Part shown: piece by piece, positions 25,123 through 38,905 of the stretch
How the letters are laid out: every line of letters begins with the position of its first letter
How positions within the stretch are numbered: the first letter of the stretch is position 1
Source of the DNA: Mytilus californianus
Lineage: Eukaryota
Direction of reading: 5' to 3'
Assembly: GCF_021869535.1 (NCBI RefSeq)
Contig: NW_026262695.1
Span: forward strand, 310,001 to 374,000
DNA length: 64,000 nucleotides
Position numbers and translations under genes: made by a program
The notes under the pieces: model-generated
Database searches by the model: none
What the model was told of the DNA's origin: nothing
The model's input: only the letters and a program-made list of their open reading frames with translations

Positions 25123-26699
25123 GTAATAATCAATTTTTCAAACATGTTAAAGTCAGAGATATACACTCAAAATTGAATGTGATAACAGTAGGCTGATGCA
25201 CTGTTTAAACATTATATTTCATATTTCCAATAAGCATATTCAAGCTATCTGGTAAAGTATGCGTAACCTTTTATGATTAGGTAGTGCAACGCCCAACGTC
25301 TGAATTATAAGGTGAAATACTAGTCATTAATCTAAATATAAATGCAAATAATCATTGTCCAGTAAAACACATAAATGAATTGTGTGGCAAAAACATGCCA
25401 TTTGGTGAGTAATTTATTATATTAAATTTATAAAAGGTTGATTATGTGTTTTTCTTGTTTTATTACAATTCAACCACATAAAATCGTTATCTGGAAACAG
25501 ACTATTTTTAACAACTCTATACGAATTATTCAGTGTATATGATTTTTTCCCTTTTCTTTGGTATTTGTATTTTTTTTCTAAAAATAGATTGAGTAGCTGT
25601 ATAAAATATATATCCCCCATTGCTATTAATTTATTGGCTATTCACCTTTAAACAATGATAATATTTGGTTATTTGATAGTGTTTATACAATTGTAAAAAT
25701 ATCACGAACAGCACATCGTAATGTACTTGTAGCACGGAAAAATGGACATCCGTAGGTGAAAGTACGATTTCTTAAACGTCGTGAATCAACAAGTTTGTAT
25801 AGTTTTTTTTAAATAATCCGACTTGAAAATGATACTATTCGAAAATTAAACTGTGCGTTAACAACGTTGTTTTTTTTTAAATTTCAATAGAAGCATGGAC
25901 TAAATGTAGTTTTTATGAAATTTTACATCATTTCATCACATAGAATTAAGCATTTATTAAATTTGAAGGGAGTATGGGGATACAAGGTTACTTTAAAAAT
26001 AATGACAACAAAATATTACTGGTTTGTTATTTTATACATCTTTGAAAGAATTAGTAATTACAATTATTTAAGCAACATTTGTAATAGTTTTGCGTTACAA
26101 ATTATAAATAACTTCAAGTCTTAATTTTAAGTTTCTATCTATTTATATCTGTTTACCTCAAGATTTTCAAGGAAATGATATTTTAATAGTCCCAAGAGAC
26201 CCATCTTTCAATATAAATGAATGTATGATAACCTACGTAAGGCCAATGCAGGTCTTAAAATTTGGAGTCGACGTTTACCGTTCGCTTCATTTTGTATCAA
26301 ACACACCACAAAGCTTAACTATACTACGCCGGAATACTTTTCAATGCAATTACATTTTAAGAAAGTCCACACTTAAATCTTGTATCGGTTTTGTTATTTA
26401 ACATCAGCGCAGCATTTAAATCCCTTTCCTTTCACGCCCAATATAATACCTGACGAAAAATGCGCACCAGTTATGTCCAATACTGTATCAGAAGTACCCC
26501 CTAACGCAAGATGCAATAGTTGGATATGCTGAATATCAGTATTATTGTACTACAGTTTATGAAGGACAGTTATTGTTTTAATACAAGCTCTTTTGCTAAT
26601 AGCAGACGCAGTTTAAAGTAATTTTCAAATGTTATGGAAATAAAAACATTCAAGAAATTATACAACACAAACTAATTCACTTAAGTAATATAATTTTAG

Positions 26700-26792
26700 A
26701 TCCAACATCTGGACAACTGCTCGTTTCAAGTCATAATACAATAAAGGACAATACAGAAAAGGAACACATATCACCTTCAAAGGTATTAACTG
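26700..26792 (+). pseudogene. Receptor gene 2, stalk exon (PTSGQLLVSSHNTIKDNTEKEHISPSKVLT)
   Basis: aattttAG acceptor and GTATGT donor at 26793. 93 bp, phase 1-1, open. Confidence 0.65.
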
Positions 26793-27520
26793 GTATGTTG
26801 ATTACTAGATTATGGTAAAATGTTAACTGTAGAAATGTTATTATAATATACATAGATTTTTTCCCATCGGGTGGGAGATACCGGAAGTGATGGTGGATTT
26901 TATCTTTAATTGTTTGCCATTTGTGTTTGTTGAAAATATACAGAAAGGAGTTAGTTCACTTACTCATAATTTTGGCCCTCAAAATCTGTAATTTTTAAAC
27001 TGTAGATAAACTACATGTTGTGAATTTTTGATGAAAACATTAGTTTAAATGTCCAATTGTTTCAGTTAAAATATATTTTTTACCAAAAAACTAAAAAGAT
27101 ATTTATTCTTATTCAAGGCTCGTAGATCTATAATATAGGAGGCAGATAAACAGTGTTTCGTATTATGCTTTCAAAAATAACATACTTGGCAATAAATTTA
27201 TATTAGATTTACTCAAACATTAAATGATACTTCTTTTCAGGGCCGTTTATTGTTGTTAGTGGCTCTACTCTTTTTAATAAAAAAAGAATAGCAAGTTTTT
27301 CTTGTTTTTCTCTAAAAACAAAAATCAGGAAAGAGAAATCTACGTTTTTTTCATTATGACCTTATCATTAACTAATGTCTTTATTTCAAAGAAAATATAT
27401 GGAGTATACGCCCTTTTGAAAGCCAACCAAAAAATACATTGTATTGTTAAATTCTATTTTTATTTTAAGCAGTTAAATTTGTTTTTTCTGATTTCATTAT
27501 TCTTTTGATTAATTTTTCAG

Positions 27521-27596
27521 ATGCTATTGCTGGTGGCTGCGTTTCAGCGATCACTATTCTGCTTTTTGTCACATCAGTAGTGGTATGCAGACTAAG
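27521..27596 (+). pseudogene. Receptor gene 2, transmembrane exon (DAIAGGCVSAITILLFVTSVVVCRLR)
   Basis: aatttttcAG acceptor and GTatca donor. 76 bp, phase 1-2, homologous to 5788-5863. Confidence 0.85.
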
Positions 27597-29105
27597 GTAT
27601 CAATTCATTTTCTTTCAAAATGTGTAACAAATCTGCTGAAATTTCTCATATGAAAGGTTGTGTGTAGCAATTTCAAATAATACATTGAAAACAAGGAAAA
27701 TAATATATAAAATTGATTACAAGTCGCTTAACTGTAGGTGTTTTTTTTCTTCTTCCGACTTATTCGCTGCAAGGATCGGAACACAACATTTCAATTGTCT
27801 CCTTAAACTGCATTTGAATGAATCAGTTGCATTCAACTCCTAGTCATATGTTGATATAACTTTGCACTTTCAGCTGAATTTTGAAACTATGATACGAAAT
27901 CATAAAAAATACGGAATGATGTTAAAATGAACATGCATTTAGTATTTGACCATTCCCTATCTGTATTTCTGTTTTAAACCATATTCATTTTAAATCGGTA
28001 CTTTTCTTTTAACATATATATCCTATGATACAACACACCAATAGATGAAATCCAAATCGTTGTTGAAGTTATTCTTTAACCAACGCAGATCGTAAACAAA
28101 TTGCTCGGTAATTAAACGGAAAAATAAGTACATTTGTATTTTAATATAGGATTACTTCTCTTTTTAAAATGCATCAAAGATAATAGTGGTTCTTTTCATT
28201 GAAATATCTTACAACTACAATTGTTGTTAGCAATACTGAAATGTTCGTGACGTACTTTTTTTTCTCGTAAGATATTTGTGATAATAGTTAAAAGCCGATA
28301 ATTTAATAGACCACTGTCGAGTTTGGTGCATTTCCGTTAAAAAGCTTGGTTTTAGTGAACACCATTCGTTCGTTTAGGGGAATCGTGAATAAGTATATAA
28401 GAAACATACATTATTTCTAGTTTATCCTGCGTAATGACGATCATGAAGGCACGCATAATTGACGAACTTGTCTGGTGAAGGACAAGTCTCGAAAGTGGTC
28501 TATTGTTTGAGTTAGAAAATTGCTTGACTATCAATGAAGATTTTCATCATTTTCTCTTTTCTTCCTTACTATTTGTTTTGAAAAAAATCGTATATGCGAC
28601 TATTTGTAATATCTACTAGAAACAACTGATATGTAATCTTTTAGTACGAACATGTCCATATTTTTGTTTTTTTTTTAATTAGTGAAAATAAGAATGTAAC
28701 AAATAAAGTTGGTTTTAAAAATAAATAACCGGTAACTTGAGGAAAACATGGGTGTATACATGAAGTTTTTTCCTAAAATTCAAAAATAATACAGTGTAAT
28801 AAGCATTCGATATCAAACAGTTGATCTTTAAAAATGTAATTACAAATTACTTTACAATACATTTATACGAAAATGATCAAATTATGTTGATTGTTCTGAG
28901 GATTATTTAGCGTATTCACTTCATTGAGAGAAATCAGAAAGATAGAAAGAAAGAATGTTTGCTATTACATGCACATAGATAACAAGATATATCCAACTTT
29001 TTAATTCAATTAGTATTTTCATATACATTTAACCGACAGAAGCACATACATGTTTATTTGAAAAAAAGCTTTGCTTTACCAAACAGAATTTGTGTTTATT
29101 TTTGA

Positions 29106-29583
29106 ACGAATTGGCCCATTTAATGGTAAAAATGATTTGACAAAAAAACCATGTAACAATGAGACAAAGAACGACCAAGAGATAAAACTAAAACAACAAA
29201 TTAACCATACTTATGGAATTGTGAATGACGAGATAGGGAATCTTACTATGGACACAAACAAACAAGGACATACAAATATTTGCTATGTACAAGTGAACAA
29301 AAATCGTAATGTTGAGGACACATATATAGAGTCTGTCGATGGAGAGTATGATCATTTCAATCTAACTGACAGAAGGCGAGAAGAAACCAATCAGAATACC
29401 TATGACAGCAACGTAGGAATTCGAAGCTGTGAGCATCAGACATATGATACAACGTCAAGGTCCAGGAAATCAGATTCAGAAAATGTCTATGACCATTCTT
29501 TTTCAAATATGATACCGGAATAAGACTATGATCGATCTGTATCCGTCATGACAGAAACCAGCATGTATGACAAGGCTTATTGA
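29106..29583 (+). pseudogene. Receptor gene 2, tyrosine-rich tail exon with lost acceptor and premature stop
   Basis: Aligns to the gene 1 tail (EDTY.ES..GEYDH, NTYDSN.G.R.C, TYDT, YDHSFS). The expected acceptor reads GA (29104-29105) instead of AG. TAA at 29521-29523 aligns with gene 1 TCA, and homology continues as DYDRSVSVMTETSMYDKAY to TGA at 29581-29583. Confidence 0.8.
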
Positions 29584-30004
29584 AAACTAAATTTAAACTA
29601 CGCCTTCAAAATGTTAGTACTGCATAGTGGAATATCTTTGTTTTGTTCATTATTGACCTTAAATCTCATATATATCTCATCGCATTAAATCAATCTTAAT
29701 GAATATTAAAACCAGGAACAAGAGACACATTGCGATTTACTAACCTGCAAAATCATTTCAAATCAAAAAAAAAAAATCATCAACGATTCCAGGCTTATAA
29801 TTTTGTACGCCAGTTACAAGTTTCGTCTACATTAGACTCATTGGTGACGCTCGTATCAAAACAGCTAAAAGGCCAAATAAGATACGAGGTTAAAGAGCAT
29901 TAAGGGCCAAAAATTCCGAGTGGAATTAACATATACAATTAAGGTAATCTATTCCTGGGAAAGAAAATCCTTAGTATTTCATACAATTCAAAGTTTTGTA
30001 AAAC

Positions 30005-33000
30005 GTTAAATTTAGAAATATGACAATATCAATGATAGATCATGTCACAGAAACGTTTCCTCCATAATCATGTTGATTATGGCTCTAATCCCGTTTCTCT
30101 ACTTGGCAATTTGTATGGTCCTTTTCGTTTAGATTAGCTCTTTAACATTTCTAACAGGTTTCTTTTTTTGATAATGTGGCCTCGTGCATACCCGTAGAGA
30201 CATCAACTGTTGAAATGCGCATTTTGGATAGTAAAATAAGTTCCGTGTACAATACTTGAACATACAAAAGAACGGCTGTTGTTGATATGTTAACGTGTAA
30301 TAGGTGACCACTGGTAGATTCCATATGTATTGAATATAATCCATCCCCTTTTCGTCTATGGTGACGTTATTTTTTTCATGTGTAACCTATTATCGTATGT
30401 TTACTTCTAATGAGTAACACGTTAGATGCCACTTCTGTAGCAGGAATTGTTTACCCTTCAGGGGCTCCAGCGTTCATTCCCAGTTTCCGTTAGGTTTGTG
30501 TGCTCAATCGTTACCTATTTGTATCTGTATGGATTTTACCTGGCCTAGCTTGTTTTAAGTGCAGTACAGGATAAGGATATCGACAAAATGATTTAAAGGA
30601 ATACATGGAATAGCAAATCGAAATCTTTTATCTGCACAAGGATGGGCAAAACAAGGTAAATATATCCAACTGGGTATATATTCTATGATTTCAATCGTCC
30701 AATGCATAATGCTAATCGCATATTCAGAACAATTGTGTCATATAACAAAACTTATCAATTTGACTGAAGCATTTGTGAAGGGTGTGGATAGAATATGTGC
30801 TCTGAAATAGCTTTTTTACGAACAACTCTGCTATTGGAGTGACGTTTACGATACATTTGGTTTGTAAATTTCAAGTTAATAAAGTAATGAATTTTGATAT
30901 AAGTCAAAATTTTCTTGTATAGTTTAACCTAGACGGTCTTGCTTGTTATGCTTACGCTCTTTTAGCTACTTTGCCTCACATTGAAAAATATGTAAACCAT
31001 GGATATGTTTAAATTGCTGTAGCCACAATCCAGATAGGTTTTCCTCTATAGTGACGAATCTATTATCACCGAATTAGTACTTGCAATGACAGCACGGCGG
31101 ATGGAATATGTAAAAGAAGATCTGCTAACTCCTGCCACCTGTTATCATCATTTACGTTTGGTTGAGTTTATGTTGTTCAAATCTTGAGTTTTCTATGCAG
31201 TGTCTTGTAGACATGTGTCTAGTCTTTTAACGGCAGGGTATTTTCAATTTTCAACTTATAATTTTTGAATTTATCCCTTTGGTAATCTGTCTCTTCTTAA
31301 TAGAGTTTTCCAACAAGCACATGTTTTGAATAAAAGGGTTAAATACTTCGCATTATTCAAATATCTTTAATGCGTGTATGCATTTCGTAACCTTAATATA
31401 GTTGTAAATTCAGAAATTATTGCGTGCGTTTATTTTTGCGATTGTTCACTAACACGTGATTACTCATTGTTATTCTACAAAATGCTACATACAAATAATG
31501 CAATCAAAATTTATTCTGCAAGGTATTAACTTTGTGAAATATATATCTTTCTCGTACAAATCCCTGATTTCTTGTCCATGTTTAGCTATACTTTAGGTCT
31601 TTTGTGGTTTAATCAGCTCTTCATCTTTTATTTTTGGTTTCATCGGTTGCAGTAAAATTGACACTGTTAATGTTATTACTTCCACTGGGTCGATTCATTA
31701 ACTGGTCGACTGTTACCAGTGTTTTGAAAATACGAATGTTTTTTTGATTGATATTTGCCGTTTTCAATTTTAAATTCATTTTCAAAAAAGAAATACGTAT
31801 CCCTCGTGCAGTTCTATGTTTATTTGGCTATATTTTTTGGTCTTTTACCGTTTTATCCCGTTTACAAAGTTTGCATTACTTTTTGGATTTTTAAACATTT
31901 TCGAGTCGAGCTTCACGGAAGATAAACATTAAGTGTTGAAAAATCGAATCTTTACAGGATGTAAGATCATTATAGTTTTAACAAATGGGCAAAATTATTA
32001 AAAAGTATAAACCAAATTGTGACGTGCAAAAACGCTGGCTAAATGATGTATACTATACTTTTACATTTGGTGTATTTATTTTTTACATAACTTATCAGTG
32101 TTGATGTTCTCTCTTTTGCTCAATACTGATCTTCTTTGATTTTTGACCAAAAATGAAGTTTTTATGCCGAAACTTTATACAATAATTCCTGCCAAGTTAT
32201 TTAAATTTTATCTCGATGTGTCCCGTGTTGTGTCTTCAATTTTGTTTATAGTTCCTGTGTTTTGCTGTGACATTATTGGTCATTTGATTGCCATATTTGA
32301 TTGTGAATATGTTGTTTATAAAATGCAATGACATTATACAACGCACACTTGATCTATGATCCCCCCAAATTGGGGGGAAAGATGTCAAGAAGAATGTTAG
32401 CAGTTTTGATGTTACCAAATGTTACGCCCCGTTCATGGTCAAATTAAGACAAATATGTAACTCTGATATTAATTCAACTTTCATATTGTAAACATATATT
32501 TGTAAAACCTAACAATTTGTCATCCTTTCGTAGTTTATCACATGTAACACTAGTCACACCAATGCAATTTATCACAAGACGTGTCTAGTCATCAATTAAA
32601 CGAAAAGTAGGACATGAAAGTTAAATCGTTTGTCAGGAATTATTGTAGCAAAATACTTTATAGAAAATTTGCATTGTCGTTGCTTTGTTTTTTTTTTTAT
32701 TTTTTGCCATACGCTATTGTCTGTCGTTTTCCAACATAGTAGTTCTTAATTTGTATATTTCAGCCTATATGTGCATACATTTTCATATATGGACACACGT
32801 GAAAAAAACATCAGTATTTACTCTTAAGACAGTAACTTAAGCCCATATTTAAGTTGAATTAAAGAATTATATAAGTAAACCAAACGAGATGCCACTGATA
32901 ACTCACGTTCACAAACTCTGATATTAATTTTGAGAAGACACTTCGAAAAAATAGTTCAAGTATCATCGATATCCAGAGTAGTTTAGTTTTCTATACGGTA

Positions 33001-33310
33001 CAAACTGTCCTGTTGAGGCAGTGTTATTATTTCTTGTGAACGCTTGGCCAAATATAAAATTATGAAAGTCATTGATATAAATTAGGAGTAATTCGCTTAT
33101 CAAATCAATTAACATTAAAGTTACATTTTCATTTTTCACAAGCACAGATATTCTTTCACACGTTTTCTGCGTTCAATTTTATTTTGTTACTTTCTGAGCA
33201 TTCTGTGAATGTAAAGAGACATGTGTCGTAAGGATATTTTGACAGTGTTCGGTGATGGTGAGCAAAACATACGAAGGTGATAATCATATAATAATAAAAT
33301 TTGACATTAT
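30005..33310 (+). repeat. Non-coding segmental duplication block, copy B (collinear with 9785-12650)
   Basis: Same ordered blocks as copy A, with extra insertions such as about 31430-31900. Confidence 0.8.
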
Positions 33311-33608
33311 ATATTAAAAACTAATTTAACAAAAGAAAAAGAAAAAAATATTACCAATAGGCAACACCTGAAACGTTATGACAGGTTAATTATCCTGTTT
33401 ACTGGATCACCAGAATTAACAGATCATTGTAACTTCAATTCATCTACCTTCAGTTCTAGTATCAAATTATTACAATTGATAAGCTTTGTTTTTAGATTAA
33501 TTGTTTCTCATTTTTATTAGAATTATGTTGTATAGTACTGTTGTAAGCATTTTACATGCACTTGTGACTTCAGAATTGTTTGAGAGATGTCAAGAAGGTT
33601 AAAATGTT

Positions 33609-34005
33609 TTAAGAAAAACTCATTAGATATCCCGAAAAACTAGATAAGTCATCAAAGGTACAGGTGTTTCCATCCCATGGACCGGTTTTACTTTATCACC
33701 GATGCTTAAATGAATGATTGCAAAATTATTTTCACTGCTATGTTGATGGTATTTTGTGCCAGACATTGACATTCCTTCAACCACTTTATTACTGTTTTTT
33801 ACAAGTTGAGTGAAAAATAACTAGCTGTGGTATCTAACTCTGATAGTAAAAAGAAATGTATACGATCCCAAAACATCCGCAATAAATGTTCCTGAATGGG
33901 GATTGTATCTTTTTCCTTCGCTTGTATAGACACTGTCAAATACAGTTATATGTCCTTTAGGAACATTGGAAAAAAGTTTGTTTTGTACTGTAAATGCTCG
34001 AAAGG
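33609..34005 (-). pseudogene. C1q globular-domain exon of a C1q-domain-containing (C1qDC) pseudogene
   Basis: Minus-strand tttctataattcAG acceptor, phase 1. AFRAF...VFDSVYTSEGKRYNPHSGTFIADVLGSYTFLFTI...AIIHLSIGDKV...DDLSSFSGYLMSFS* carries the gC1q motifs. In-frame TAG at 33821-33823 and a frameshift near 33685. Confidence 0.88.
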
Positions 34006-35344
34006 CTGAATTATAGAAATATAAAAGCTTAGTACAATACATTGTTTGTTTTTATCATTTAGTTATATAATCATAAAGGAATTAAATAGGATCTAGTTTC
34101 GACATTTAGCTTACATGATCCCACTACACATTCTCCGAACAATATTGGGTCATTATTTCTATAGCGAGACTGTTGATCGTAAAATTTTCTATTTTTAAAC
34201 GGCCAATACATATAAAAATAAGGAGATGTAGTATGATTGCACATGAGATAACTATCCACCAAAGTTCAAATGAAGTTGATGTAATCAATTATAGGCAACC
34301 GTACGGCTTTCAACAATGAGAAAATCTCTATACGTATAGTCGGCTATAAAGAGCGCCGACATGAAATATTCAACAATTCAATTGACAAAAAAAAACAAAC
34401 GGCCTTTTCTATAATAAAGTGATTTACGAAAATAAATATGACAGACATGATCCAACGACAACCACTGAACTACAGAAACGGGGAATGAGTCAAAGAGACA
34501 ACACAACTAAAGAGCAATAAACAGCCCAAGGCCAAAAATAGATTTTTAACACAGCGAAAAAAATCCTGCTACAAGAGGCAGACTTCAGCTGACCCCTTAA
34601 CAAAAACGTGTACTAGTTCAGCGCAATTGGACGTCATACTAAACTCCGAAACATATAAATGAACCAAAATTAAAAAAATATACAAGACTAACAAAGGCCA
34701 GAGGCTCCTGACTTGGGACAAGCGATAAATGCATCGAGATTAAATATGTTTTGTGAGATCTCAACCCTCCCCCATACCTCTAGCGAATGTAGAATAAACA
34801 AACATATAGAAATACGCACCGTAAAACTCAGTTCAAAAGAAGTCCGAGTCCGATGTTTGAATAAGTAACAGAAAAAACTAAGCAACATGACAATGATGCA
34901 TACATTAACAAAGGACTACGAACAGCTACTGACATGCCAGCTCCAGACTTCAATTTAACTGATTGAAAGATTATTTCTCCATTATATGAAAATCAAGCAC
35001 AATTCCTCCCGTTAGGGGTATAGTATCATACCATCATAAAATATATGAGAAGAACATAACCCGTATCATGGCAATAACTGTTTTTAGAATAAATGTGTTT
35101 ATTTCCGATGCAAAGACCCTATGAGTGAATCAACATTAATTACCACGTCAGGAATATGGCAGTTGTTATCAAATAGTCCGTCTCTATGTATGTTGACGTT
35201 TGTTTTTGTTGCAGTTCACTGTTTCTGTTGTTCCATTGTTTTCCTCTTATATTTATTGTGTTTCCCCCGGTTTAAGTTTGTAATCCGGATTTGTTTCCGC
35301 TTAATCGATTTATGACTTTTGAACAGCGGTCTACTACTGTTGCC

Positions 35345-36900
35345 TTTATTTATTTCAAAAGAAATGCCATCCTTAATAATCTGACAACATTAGCGTAACT
35401 ATATCCCTTCTGAATAAGTCTGTTTAAAGGTTTGATTAGCTTTTGAGGTAAATGACGATATGTTTGTGCTTTGTATAGAATATTACCATTAAAGATTGGA
35501 TGTGAAATACCTGAACGTATAAGAAGTCTGCACGTTAAAATCAAATACGTTGTTAAATACAAGAGCGAATCGAACAAGTTGAGATATATAAACATCATAA
35601 GATGGCGATAGGGGAACGGCACCATCTAAAAATGGATAATTAACAATAGGAAATGAAAAATCATCTCTTTTATCGTAACTTTTGGTATCAAGCTCCCCGT
35701 TAAAGGTGTAGATATCAAGATCCAGGAAAGGGCAGTGTTCATTGTTAGTATTAGCCTCAGTTCAGCAGGATACATCTCTTTAGTGTACATACTGAAGTCG
35801 TCATTATTGAGAGCCAATATATAAAAGTGTTATTAAATTTTTGTATCAGATGTTGTTTTGATAGTCTCACAAATTGTAACTCGTAACAATACAGAAACAG
35901 GTACGCATCAAGTGGTGCACAGTTATTCCCCATTGGAATTCCGATAATTTGACGTTATACGGACAAAAATGTTATCTAGTAAAAAATCAAGTGCAGTTAT
36001 CGTATGAAAGCAGATCCAATTGACATAGTTCTTTTGTTTGTTGTTACTAAAAAAATGACCTAAAAGAGTTTGAACATATCCATTTGCATTATGACTTTTT
36101 AAATGCCCATTTTATTCAGTGTATGATTTTTTTCTTAATGAGATTATGAGGAAAAGTGGTATCTATGGTAGAAAAATCAAAACTTTGAACAGATGCAAAA
36201 TCACCAATATGAGCATGCAATTTATCAAGTACTTCCATCGAAATTTTGACACTCCAAAAGTAATTATTTTCCACTATTTTCAAATGCCTTATTTATTACC
36301 AGGTGTTTTATTGTACCAAGTGAACTAGTAAGTAGAATAGACAGTTTCGTAGTGGAACAATGGCTTGAAGACGAAATAAATCTACATTTGTAAGGTGTTT
36401 TGTGCAGCTTCGGAAGCCAGTACATAGTTGGAACTTTCATGTTATTCGGTTATGCTTTTAAAGAGGTAGCTAAAATTTAATGTTTGTTACAGATGTCATT
36501 TTCCGAAAATGGAGTCAGGTGGAATGTTTTGGAATTCGTGATTTCCTTTTGCAGAACCTCAATGTAAAATTTACGTCAAACAATAATGATATTATTGGCA
36601 GCCTTTTCAGCAGGGAAAAAACAAATTCCTTGGCGAGTTCTATAGACAGTACTGCTCCGAAAGGAAGATGTTTGGTGATGTTCCGGGTCCCTGCAATTAG
36701 TCCTGGCATATCTGAGCAGCTTAGAGAAACGATTTAACGACTATTTTAAATTAGATTGCTAGGTGTCTTTAATTCTCATGAAACACGCTTAATCATTATA
36801 CAGGATTCGCATGTGCAACTGCCCTAATTTTTCCAATACACCATGCTCATCTTGCGTTACACATGCCTATATAAACTGGTCATGTGTGATCAGCATCAAC
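35345..36900 (-). mobile_element. Penelope-like element RT ORF remnant (largest copy)
   Basis: PTMYWLPKLHKTPYKCRFIS, VQSFDFST, QIIGIPMGNNCAPL, and (Y)DKRDDFSFPIVNYPFLDGAVPLSPSYDVYISQLVRF, in order, with many lesions. Confidence 0.85.
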
Positions 36901-37249
36901 GATAAGAGTTAAAATTTAATTATCGAATATTTTAAATTTTAAATTTGATTATGTGTCAATGTCTCAATAACGCAAATTTTTGAAAAAAAATCATATATGA
37001 AGAAAAAAAAAATGGTTGTTGCATTTTATTTTTTTTGGACAGTATAGTCTACCGATATTCAAATCTCGTAAATCGTTAAAAAAGATTAAAAAAAAAAAAA
37101 CACGTTTACATTAAAAAACTGAGAAAATGCACGAGACCGGGTTCGTCGACAAAGCAGGAGCCTTCTCCTAGTATGCATGTTTCAGCCTCCATGCGATTCC
37201 ACATTCAGTTAAACTGCTCAATCGTGAATAGGAAACAATCTTTTCAGAT

Positions 37250-37960
37250 ACAGTTCAGACAATAACATGAAAACATGTCTTTAAGAAGTCCTTGGATTTA
37301 AGGCACTGACACATCGTCTCGACCAACCAACTCGTGGTGGTGGTGACTTTAAAACTTGTTGGTTCGATTTCAGTAGTACATCTGTTTGAGCAGCTTTTTG
37401 TATAAGGAGCATTACCCAGCTTATGACGTCCGTATAGTGTGAACACATACGAGGGTAATGCATTTACTGATATATGTTAACGCAAAACGATGGATCAGAG
37501 GGAATGTTACTGCTTAGAAATGAGAAGTTGACAATTAAAAAATTGAAATCATCACGTTTGTCATAGATTTTACTCTGAAATCGTCCATCTGTAACAATAT
37601 CGATGAAAATATCAACCTATCAAGCGTACCTTCTACCTTCAGGAGTATCCTTGACCTCAGGATCTGGGATATATAAATGGTAAACATTGATTGAAATGTC
37701 TATTATTTAATGACAGGACATCTTCGATATTGAAATAAAAGATCTATTCAAGATGGCTTTTTATTTTTGTCTTTGAGATTCTGAATGTATTCTGCTTCAT
37801 GTGAGCACAAAAACAGGTAAACCAGTTGTTGTTCACAGTACGTATCCATTAGAATATCAACTATCTGCTTAAATATCAATTCACCAAACTCTAAAAATGT
37901 GTTGTTCGTCAAAACGTCAGACATTTTGATGATATCATTTGGCAAAGTTTGTTGTTGTGT
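37250..37960 (-). mobile_element. Penelope-like element RT remnant
   Basis: DIIKMSDVLTNNTFLEFGELIFKQIVDILMDTYC...FLCSHEAEYIQ, then SKIYDKRDDFNFLIVNFSFLSSNIP, then HHHELVGRDDVSV. Confidence 0.8.
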
Positions 37961-38686
37961 TCCTGTCTTATCAACTTGTAATCTAAATACTCTTTAAGTG
38001 GTGTAAGCATTTCATGAGATGTAAATTGCCTGGTCCCTTTACATCCACAAGTAAATTAGGATTAGTCTGAAACATCTATTTTGAACTGAACAGCTCATTA
38101 AAGACTGAACAATCAACTATGAAGCCATTTTCATTTTTTTCAGTCAATTTTCAGACCTATCCATGGCGGTTAAATCAGCACTGCTCAGACCATTTGCTTG
38201 CAGTCAGTTGAGATCTGTTTAGGCAATGATCAGACTGTTCAGTAGCTGTAATTTAACATGTTTAAAGGAATAGACAAACAATATTTTGGATTGTATGAAA
38301 AGCTATTAACCAGTGCTGAATTGATTGCAAGTTAAGCGAACTCTCTTAACAGTACTGAATTAACTACAATCAAGTAATCTGAATATTGACGGAAAGACTG
38401 AACATAAAGTAAAAATTTATTGTTCAGTCTTTTCATTTGAGGTAAAGGTCAAAATGACCATTTCCCACTAAAACTCGTTTACTAGTGATCATAATTGTAA
38501 TCAATTCAAAGCAAAAAGATGGTACTTTTAATATTTTGTTACTGTGTATAAAATGTTGACGCATTTGAAACACTGAGGTTCTTCTACACCAAGGTGAAGA
38601 TAGCTTTGGCCTAAATAAGCACAACTTTTTAATTTCTAATTTGTAATTTTTTAATGCTCTTCACTTTTGTATTTGATTTGGCTTAA

Positions 38687-38905
38687 CTACCTATCAAGCG
38701 AACCTTCTACTTTCAGGAGTATCCTTGATCTCAAGATCTGGGATATATAATAAATTTATTTCATCGATATTGATACAGATGGACGATTTCAGAGTAAAAT
38801 CTATGACAAACGTGATGATTTCAATTTTTTAATTGTCAACTTCTCATTTCTAAGCAGTAACATTCCCTCTGATCCATTGTTTTGCGTTAACATATATCAG
38901 TAAAT
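38687..38905. repeat. Composite local duplication: direct copy of 37614-37676 followed by an inverted copy of 37462-37609
   Basis: 38687-38749 has 4 mismatches in about 63 bp vs its source. 38757-38905 has 2 mismatches in about 148 bp vs the reverse complement of its source. Confidence 0.9.

Noticed and set aside
26783-26788. Alternative donor GTatta for the gene 2 stalk exon
   Set aside because: It gives phase 0, incompatible with the phase-1 TM exon. The GTATGT donor at 26793 fits both consensus and frame.
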